Source: an uncultured Gemmatimonadales bacterium | GTDB taxonomy: Bacteria > Gemmatimonadota > Gemmatimonadetes > Gemmatimonadales > GWC2-71-9 | DNA length: 64,000 nt | Reading direction: 5' to 3' | NCBI GenBank assembly: GCA_963842945.1 | Contig: CAWJIM010000021.1 | Coordinates: forward strand, 288,001-352,000 | Part shown: one piece after another, positions 56,993 to 64,000 of the stretch | Layout of the letters: every line of letters begins with the position of its first letter | How positions within the stretch are numbered: the stretch's first letter is position 1 | Program-made: the position numbers and the translations under genes | Notes under the pieces: model-generated | What the model was told of the DNA's origin: nothing | Seen by the model: the letters and a program-made list of their open reading frames with translations, nothing else | Database searches by the model: none

Positions 56993-58854
56993 ATGCGTTT
57001 GATTCGGCGCGGTATGGTCCTCGGTGCCGTCATGATCTGCTCCGCCACTGCACCCTTGACGCGCAGTCGGTGCAGGCGTCGAAGAAGATCCTGATGCTGT
57101 ACTCGTACGACCCCAACGCCCCCGGGACCGTGGCGTTCGCGGAGCAGTTGAAGGCCGTGGTGAGTGAGCAGTTTCCTGACCGCGCCGAGATCTATGACGA
57201 GTATCTGGACACGAACCGCTTCCCGGGTCGAGACCGCTCCCTGGAGTTCGCCCGCTACTTTGCCGCGAAGTATCAGGGGTTCAGACCCGACGCCATCGTG
57301 GCCCAGGGGACGCCGGCACTGCGATTCGCTACGGAGCGGCTGAGTAGCCTGTTTCCGGGCGTACCGATCGTGTATGGGCAGGCCTTTGAACCGGGCCTGG
57401 ATTTCTCCGCCCTCCCCGAAATGTCACCGGCCGGCGACAGCCGTTGCCGTTCGTCTCGACCTACTCACTGGCGCGGGCGCTCCAGCCGGATGCGAAGCGG
57501 GTGGTCGTGGTAACCGGCGCTGCGCCGATGGACTCCCTCCTTCTCTCCGTGGCGCTGCGCGAGATCACCCCGCGCTTGAACGGAATGGAGTTGAAGGTGC
57601 TGCGGGATTGGTCCTATGAATCCCTGATCGACAGTCTCCGTCACATCCCGCCTCGAACGTTAGTGATCTTCTCGTCCTTCTCGAAGGACCAGTACGGACG
57701 AAAGATCTATGTCGGGGACCTCATCGCCAGCCTCACCCGCCTGGCCTCCGCTCCGGTGTACGGGATCGCCCGCAACTGGGTCGGAAACGGAATCGTGGGT
57801 GGCGCGGTGATGCAGTTTGCGGACGACGGCAGGCGTACGGGCGGCCTCCTCGTGCGGGTCCTTCGGCGGGCTCCGGGTCAGCCGATGCCCCCACGGGAGG
57901 TGGCCCCCACCCCGCTTGTCGTCGATTGGCGGGAGTTGCAGCGCTGGGGCTTGTCCGAAGACCGCCTTCCGCCGAACACCGAGGTCCTCTTCCGCACGCC
58001 GTCGCCCTGGGAGCGCAACCGGACGACGGTCCTGGCGACTCTCGGCGTCCTTCTGCTGCAGTCGGCGTTGATCCTGTGGCTCTTTGTCGAGCGCCGCGGG
58101 CGCCGCCGGAGCCAGGCCGCGCTCCGGAAGAGAGCGAGCAGCGAGCTCGCGCACCTGGGGCGCGTCGCGCTGGTGGGCGAGCTATCGACCGCACTGGCCC
58201 ATGAGATGAAGCAGCCCCTCGCAGCAATCATGGCAAACGTGAGCGTCGGCCAGCGTCTCCTGCAAGCCGACGGTGCCGCGACGGCTGAGCTGCGCGCGAT
58301 CCTCGAGGACATCGCTGCGGACGACCGGCGCGCGAGGGATGTGATCGACCACTTGCGCGACCTCGTCAAGAAGAATGGGACCACAGCGCATCTGCTGTCG
58401 ACGAACGCGGTCGTCAGCCAGGTGCTCGCGTTGGTGCGCTCCGATCTACAGCGTCGTGGCGTGGTGGTCAGCACCCGGTTCTGTGAGCCCGCGCCGCTGG
58501 TCCTGGGGAGACCGCGTGGAGTTACAGCAGGTGGTCTTGAACCTGGTGATGAACGCATGCGATGCGATGAGTGACACGCCTCCTGGCGAGCGCCTGCTGG
58601 TCGTCTCCACCACGGCGCAGGGTGGCGCGCGAATCGAGGTGCGCGACCGGGGAAGCGGGATCGCTCCCGATGCCCTGGCAAAAATCTTCGAGCCGTTCGT
58701 GACCACGAAGCACGACGGGCTGGGACTGGGGCTCGCGATCTGTCGCTCGATCGTAACGGCCCACGGCGGAGACATATCGGCGAGAAACAATCCTGAACGC
58801 GGAGCCACATTTACCGTCTCCTTTCCGCTCACGCCGCCGCCCCCCCGATGTTGA
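56993..58854 (+). CDS. Sensor histidine kinase with periplasmic substrate-binding-like domain; apparent frameshifts near 57058, 57421 and 58505
   Basis: EYLD..RF, DWRELQRWG....LP, TM helix, LAHEMKQPL, QV.LNL..NA.DAM, D.G.GI, F.PF.TTK..GLGLGL. Confidence 0.85.
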
Positions 58855-58957
58855 TTCCCACCTTGGCTCATCTTAAGTCCTGAACGCTGAGGTCTTGGTC
58901 CTCACTGCGATGCTTCAGCCGCCCCGTCTTTCCCAAGAACGCCAGACAAGGACCTTA

Positions 58958-59806
58958 ATGAGACCAACGGCACGCGTCCGGCATAATCCTGTGCTCAGGA
59001 CAGCGGCAAAACTCTGCCGTCAATATCTCAAATGGTTCGGCAACGCGAGCTATAAGCCGGCCCGGAATGGTGAGCGCTGGCTGCTGGAGAGCCTTCGCGC
59101 GGAACCGATTCATACCGTGCTGGATGTGGGGGCCAACGTGGGCAACTGGTCTCTCATGGCCACGGAGCTCCTCCCGCAGGCGACCATCTACGCCCTGGAA
59201 GTCGTCCCCAATACCGCGGCAACGCTTCGAGAGCGGGTAGCAGGACACGACCGAATCAAGCCTTTCTCTCTCGGGCTTGCGGCCGAGACGGGAACCTTGT
59301 CTTTGCAGTACAATAAAGTTGCGAGCACTCACGCAACCTTCACTGATTATCCCCACAGCTGGGCAGGAGACCGGATCGACTGCCCGGTCATGCAGGGCGA
59401 CGAGTTCTTGGCCAAGGAGGGGATAGGCCGGGTGGATTTTCTGAAGATCGACGTGGAGGGCGCCGAGCATCTGGTGCTGCAAGGACTGGAAGAGTCATTG
59501 CGGAAGGGACGGATCCGCTTCGTGCAGTTCGAGTACGGGCTGGTCAACATCCTGACCCATTTTCTTCTGCGGGATTTCTATGAATTGTTCCGGGGATATG
59601 GCTATGCGGTGGGAAAGATCTACCCCGATTACGTGGAGTTCCGAGAGTACGATCTGAGGGACGATGACTTTCTGGGACCGAATTACCTGGCCTGCCGGCT
59701 CGACGACAAGGCGTTACACCATCTCGCTGGACGACAGGTCAAACTCCCTGGTCAATTCCCCAGCCCCCACTCCGTTCCTCGGGTGAGAGATTTGGCCGAT
59801 ACATGA
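58958..59806 (+). CDS. FkbM family methyltransferase
   Basis: NGE, LDVGANVG, LKIDVEGAE, QFEYG. Confidence 0.88.
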   Translation: MRPTARVRHNPVLRTAAKLCRQYLKWFGNASYKPARNGERWLLESLRAEPIHTVLDVGANVGNWSLMATELLPQATIYALEVVPNTAATLRERVAGHDRIKPFSLGLAAETGTLSLQYNKVASTHATFTDYPHSWAGDRIDCPVMQGDEFLAKEGIGRVDFLKIDVEGAEHLVLQGLEESLRKGRIRFVQFEYGLVNILTHFLLRDFYELFRGYGYAVGKIYPDYVEFREYDLRDDDFLGPNYLACRLDDKALHHLAGRQVKLPGQFPSPHSVPRVRDLADT

Positions 59807-60122
59807 TGACCCGGGCCCGCTCGAGGGTGATGAGGCCGCCACCGATCATACTGTCCAGCTCCGGAAGGATTGACTGGATCTTCTCCTCGGTCTCCACCAC
59901 CTCGATCACCATCGGCAGGTCCAGAGAAAGCACTTCGATCCGGTCGGTGCGTACCCTCGCGCTGGCGCCGAAGCCTGTCATGGCCCTGAAGACGGTGGCC
60001 CCAGCGTATTGTCGTTCTCGCAGGAGATCCACAATGGCCTTGTAGAGTGGCCTTCCTTTCCACTTATCCGATTCGCCCACGTGGATGCGCATCAGTGTGC
60101 GCTCTCCCTTGAAACCGTGCAT
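59739..60122 (-). CDS. DUF190 (PII-like) protein
   Basis: GE.D...G.PLY..I, GATV.R...GFG, LS.DLP..IE.V; usual crcB neighbour. Confidence 0.9.
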   Translation of the reverse strand: MHGFKGERTLMRIHVGESDKWKGRPLYKAIVDLLRERQYAGATVFRAMTGFGASARVRTDRIEVLSLDLPMVIEVVETEEKIQSILPELDSMIGGGLITLERARVIMYRPNLSPEERSGGWGIDQGV

Positions 60123-60131
60123 GGCCACCTC

Positions 60132-60521
60132 CTAGGCTGGGTGCCGAAGATCGAGCAACAGCCGGGCCCCTGCCAAACCGATCATCGTTGCGCCCAGCGA
60201 CCCGAGCACACTGAGCACCACGTAGAGCGCGGCGCGACGCCAGTCCGCATCTTGAATGAGAGCCACGGTCTCATAGCAGAAGGTGGAGAACGTGGTGTAG
60301 CCGCCGCAGAGCCCGGTGGTGAGCAGCGCCCTGATCTCCGGGCTGATTACGGATGTTTGGAGCACGTATCCGGCGAGGAAACCGAGGAGCAGACAGCCGG
60401 TGAGATTGACCAGCAGGGTGCCGATTGGAAAATCCAGACCGCTCCGGCTCTGAACCGTCAGGCCGACTAGGTATCGGGCCACGCTCCCAACAGCCCCGCC
60501 CAGTGCGACGTACCAAACCAT
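60132..60521 (-). CDS. crcB: Fluoride channel Fluc/CrcB
   Basis: GGA.G...RY, FP.GTL.VN..G, G.CGGYTTFSTF. Confidence 0.95.
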   Translation of the reverse strand: MVWYVALGGAVGSVARYLVGLTVQSRSGLDFPIGTLLVNLTGCLLLGFLAGYVLQTSVISPEIRALLTTGLCGGYTTFSTFCYETVALIQDADWRRAALYVVLSVLGSLGATMIGLAGARLLLDLRHPA

Positions 60522-60556
60522 TTTTGCGGCCTCCGTATTGGGCGCAGCGGGCATAC

Positions 60557-60638
60557 AAAAGCCCCTACGCCAGGACACTCACGTAGGAGCTATCAGCCGG
60601 ACCACGACACGGCGGTTCAGGGGTGAGCCCCATCACCC
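60557..60638 (-). ncRNA. Fluoride riboswitch with intrinsic-terminator expression platform
   Basis: GGTGATGGGGCTCACC...AACCGCC...GGCTGATAGCTCCTAC, then CGTAGGGGC-TTTT pairing with the aptamer 3' end; directly upstream of crcB. Confidence 0.93.
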
Positions 60639-60674
60639 GATCTTACTTCCAACCTAGCTCCGTGCGAGCGGCTG

Positions 60675-61136
60675 TCAAATCAGCAGGGACCAATCGATCA
60701 GCTCCCTCGCGCCTGCCGTCGCGCGGCAAGCATAATCCACACTGAATGGCCCCGCCCCGGTGGCCGCAAGGTAGAGGTAGATGAAGCAGTAGAGCACGGT
60801 GTGCTCACCGCCGTTCAGAATTGGCCAGAAGTTACGGGGCGCGTGGGCCGTGAAGTACGCCACCGCCATCTCGCCCGCGAGCAGGAACGCCACCGGACGG
60901 GTGAGGAGGCCGAGGACGATGAGGAGCCCGCCGAAGGTCTCGAGCACGCCGGCAAACCAGAACTGGGAGAACATGGGCGGCGGGCCGTGCCAGGGCTGGG
61001 ACGGGTCCACCAGCAGTCCGAAGAGCTTCTGGAGCCCGTGTTCCATGAAGAGTGCGCCGGTGATCACCCGCAGCAGCGCATGCGCTGCGCCGGGTATCCA
61101 CGCAGGCGTACGGGTGCCCATCCTGGTACTGGTCAT
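60675..61136 (-). CDS. DoxX family membrane protein
   Basis: LLR...G.LF..HG.QKLFG, E..GG.L..LGL.TR, GEMAVAYF..H, N.GE, G.GP.S.D. Confidence 0.9.
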   Translation of the reverse strand: MTSTRMGTRTPAWIPGAAHALLRVITGALFMEHGLQKLFGLLVDPSQPWHGPPPMFSQFWFAGVLETFGGLLIVLGLLTRPVAFLLAGEMAVAYFTAHAPRNFWPILNGGEHTVLYCFIYLYLAATGAGPFSVDYACRATAGARELIDWSLLI

Positions 61137-61408
61137 CCTGAATTCTCCGTTAAGGTATCCTGCCCCTGGCTTTCCTTCCCTTCTACGACAGGCCGGCGGG
61201 TCGATGAAAGGTGTAGCCCAAACGATAGTCTCTCCCCACCGATCACCAAACCCTCATTCAGGACTGAACTAGTTTCTGGTCAATGAACGTGTACAGCTTT
61301 GACACGACGCAGGCCACACGGCAAGATCGTGCTTCGTGTGGCCTAGACACCTTCAACGAGTGACACGGCCATGAGGCCGATGATGCCAGACCACCGCGGG
61401 AGCTCTTT

Positions 61409-62011
61409 ATGCGCAAGGCGCCGATGACCCCAAAACGGTGCTCCTGGGTCCGCGGGGATGATCCCCTGATGCTCCGATATCACGATCGCGAATGGGGTGT
61501 CCCAGTCCACGAGGACCGGACGCACTTCGAATTTCTTGTGCTCGAAGGCGCGCAGGCCGGATTGAGCTGGGCGATCGTCCTGAAGAAGCGGGAAGGTTAT
61601 CGGCGCGCTTTCGCAGGGTTCGATCCCGAGAAAGTCGCGCGATTCTCGGCCCGACGAATGGAGAAGCTCGCGTCCGATTCGGCGATCATTCGCAACCGGA
61701 TGAAAATCAAAGCGGCCGTGCGGAACGCACGCGCATTTCTCACCATCCAGGAAGAGTTCGGAAGCTTCGACTCCTATTGCTGGCGTTTCGTTGGCGGACG
61801 TCCGAAGGTGAACCGGTGGAAGACCATAGGGCAGATCCCGGCAACGTCAGCCGAATCTGATGCCTTCAGCAAGGACCTGAAGCAGCGCGGATTCAGCTTC
61901 GTTGGCTCGACGGTCGTCTATGCCCACATGCAGGCCGTCGGAATGGTAAACGATCACCTCGTCGATTGTTTCCGGTATCGGGAGATCCGACAGGATTTGA
62001 AGAGATCGTGA
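61409..62011 (+). CDS. tag: DNA-3-methyladenine glycosylase I
   Basis: RC.W, YHD.EWG.P, LEGAQAGLSW, IIRNR.KI, F.FVG.T..YA.MQA.G.VNDH...C. Confidence 0.95.
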   Translation: MRKAPMTPKRCSWVRGDDPLMLRYHDREWGVPVHEDRTHFEFLVLEGAQAGLSWAIVLKKREGYRRAFAGFDPEKVARFSARRMEKLASDSAIIRNRMKIKAAVRNARAFLTIQEEFGSFDSYCWRFVGGRPKVNRWKTIGQIPATSAESDAFSKDLKQRGFSFVGSTVVYAHMQAVGMVNDHLVDCFRYREIRQDLKRS

Positions 62012-62049
62012 GAAGTTGATGAAGCGACCTCCGTGTGTCGAAGGGAAAT

Positions 62050-62634
62050 CTAGGGGTGCGCGTGCGCGACTCTCTGCTCGATTCGCCGATCCGGGATCAG
62101 CCACATGAGCGCGCCCGCCCCATACACCACTCCGGCAATCCACGGACGCAGAAAGGCGAGCGCAATCCCCAGGGCATAGAGCAGCAGAGAGACTCTGCCC
62201 TTCCGATCCTTGCCCACCGCCGCCGCCAGCATCGAGTGCGGCCCCTCTCGGACGAGGATGGCCCGTTGGAGCAGCAAATACGCGCAGGCGGCGAGCAGCA
62301 GAATCACTCCATACAACGCCGTCGGGAGGGCCGCGAATCGATTTTCGCCCATCCAGCCACTGGCGAAGGGGATCAACGACAGCCAGAACAGCAGGTGCAG
62401 GTTGGCCCAGAGGATGCCGCCGCTCACTTCGTGGGCAACACTCAGCAGGTGATGGTGACCGTTCCAGTAGATGCCGAGATAGACGAAGCTCAGCACGTAG
62501 CTCAGGAAGACCGGAAGCAAGGTGCTCAGAGCCGCGAGGTCGACCCCATGGGGAACCTTCAGCTCCAGCACCATGATGGTCATGATGATCGCGAATACCG
62601 CGTCGCTGAACGCTTCCATCCGGGCCTTGCTCAT
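62050..62634 (-). CDS. TMEM175 family K+ channel
   Basis: R.EAFSD.VFAI..TI.VLE, Y.LSF....YW..HH, WL.PD.R.E. Confidence 0.92.
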   Translation of the reverse strand: MSKARMEAFSDAVFAIIMTIMVLELKVPHGVDLAALSTLLPVFLSYVLSFVYLGIYWNGHHHLLSVAHEVSGGILWANLHLLFWLSLIPFASGWMGENRFAALPTALYGVILLLAACAYLLLQRAILVREGPHSMLAAAVGKDRKGRVSLLLYALGIALAFLRPWIAGVVYGAGALMWLIPDRRIEQRVAHAHP

Positions 62635-62655
62635 CACTCCGCTCCGCGACATTGC

Positions 62656-63081
62656 TTATTGAGCCGGCACCAGCACCGGGGCGCCTTGTGTTCTTCAACA
62701 GCAGCACCAGAAACTTGGCCGGCTTGGTGCTGCTGGCGTTCCGGCCGACGACATGGACATCGTCCGGCCCCTCATAGAACGTCTGCCCCGGCTGTCAGCG
62801 TCACCGGCTTTCCTCCCTTCAGCTGCATCACGATCGACCCCTCCAGTACATAGACGAACGCGTGCGCATTGTGCCGGTGGGCGGCGTCTTTGCTGCCAGG
62901 CGGGTACTCCACCGTGATCATCAGCGCCTCCTTCCCCGGCATGTCCGGCCAGCTCCTTCGTCATCAGCGGCGTGACCACGGCCTCCTGGGCGATCAGCCG
63001 ACCGCCGAAGGGAGACAGGAGGACGGCCACCAGCACTGCTTTGCGGATACTCACGCTCCGCTTCGTGTTGTCATTCGTCAT
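62656..63081 (-). CDS. Exported cupin protein; apparent frameshifts near 62945, 62787 and 62688
   Basis: Reassembled: PGKE.LM.TVEYPPG....HRH.AH.FVYVLEGS.VMQ..GG..VTL..GQTFYE.P.D.H...RNAS.T.PAKFLV. Confidence 0.8.
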
Positions 63082-63160
63082 GGGGCAAATCACTCCTTAT
63101 AAAGAGGCAACCGGCCCGACGTGACCGCGGTGCTAGCCGCGTCGCGCCGGAACATTGTCG

Positions 63161-63926
63161 TCAGGCGTGCACGGCCTGGGGCGCGGAATTGCCGAGCCAA
63201 TCCTCGAAGCGGATCTCGCCCAGCCTGGCGTCGGCCTCGGCACCAGCGTACGCTCGTCCATCCCGGTGCCGAAGTAGCGCGCCTGCGGGTCGGCGATGAC
63301 TGTCCGCGGATCCTGCCGTGCAGCGAGCCCCAGCCTGATGAATTCGTCGAAGCGAAACTGTTGCGGTCCGCCGATCTCGACCATGCCGTTCAGCGGGGCC
63401 GACACGGCGACTCGAGCTCACCGCCTTCGCGACGTCCTCCGCCGCTATGGGTTGGAACAGCACGGGGCGCGATGCGCACCGTATTCCCGTCGGTGGCCTC
63501 ATCTGCGATGCGCTTGAGGAACTCGAAGAACTGGGTGGAACGGATGATCGAGTACGGGATCGACGAGTTTCGGATCAGCTTCTCCTGGGCGACCTTGGCG
63601 CGGAGGTAACCGCTGTCGGGCGCCCGGTCGCTGCCGACGACCGACAGCGCGACGTGATGGCCCACACCCGCCGCCGCTTCGGCGGCCAGGAGATTGCCGG
63701 TCGACGTCTCGAAGAACTTCAGCACCGCCGCGTCTTCGAACGACGGCGAGTTCGACACGTCAACGACGACGGCCGCACCGGTGAGGACGTCGGCCAGGCC
63801 CTCGCCCGTGAGCGTGTTGACGCCCGAGTCCGGAGACGCCGGCACGGCCTCGTGGCCCTGCTCCCGAAGGCGGGTGACGAGCTTCGACCCGATGAGCCCG
63901 CTTCCGCCGATGATCACGACCTTCAT
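63161..63926 (-). CDS. NmrA-like / atypical SDR oxidoreductase; several apparent frameshifts in the 3' third
   Basis: IIGGSGLIG, GVNT.TGEGL, HHVALSVVG, Y.RAK..QE, R.TQFFEF; fragments FQPIAA.DVA, EIGGP, ARYFG. Confidence 0.85.
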
Positions 63927-64000
63927 GGTAAGTCCTTTCAGCGAGTGGTTGAGGGTGCGGAGCTCGGCTGACCGATCTTGTTCCTCTGTGCCTCTGTGGT

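Noticed and set aside
58846..58890. Histidine kinase ending Cys-TGA as a possible Sec site
   Set aside because: The domain is already complete, there is no SECIS-like hairpin, and the downstream frame is short and featureless
61311..61343. AGGCCACACG/CGTGTGGCCT hairpin in the doxX-tag spacer as an ncRNA
   Set aside because: A single stem with no further support

Overview
High-GC bacterial window. Protein style and gene context suggest Gemmatimonadota (inference, not searched). Housekeeping blocks: lysC-dapB-dapA-dapD-yjbQ, etfB-etfA-ETF:quinone oxidoreductase, gcdH-like acyl-CoA dehydrogenase, an IDH/IPMDH-family enzyme, cstA-ybdD, and a partial ATP synthase operon (atpZ-I-B-E-F-H) with a Rex-like operator. 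These are interspersed with exported and surface proteins, peptidases, ion transporters (two divergent CPA1 antiporters, a fluoride riboswitch-crcB-DUF190 unit, TMEM175) and a solo IS200-type Y1 transposase. Many genes, mostly past 48 kb, carry single-base frameshifts that look like long-read indel errors. Best candidate for novelty: the CPA1 antiporter at 46766 (-) does not appear to end at its TGA. The frame continues as YCA-TGA-KDEATSARVARELRAGGW...LVGGWAAW, completing a rhodanese domain, and a SECIS-like hairpin directly follows the TGA, so this is a probable selenocysteine (CxU) antiporter-rhodanese fusion. Other candidates: a multi-stem structured RNA between atpB and atpE; pervasive 7/8/9-nt tandem arrays, often as inverted pairs, at gene boundaries and inside ORFs (one arm encodes a signal peptide); a rod-like ~140-nt element at 53.8 kb; an M1 peptidase with an Omp85-like C-terminus; and tandem exported M55 peptidases.
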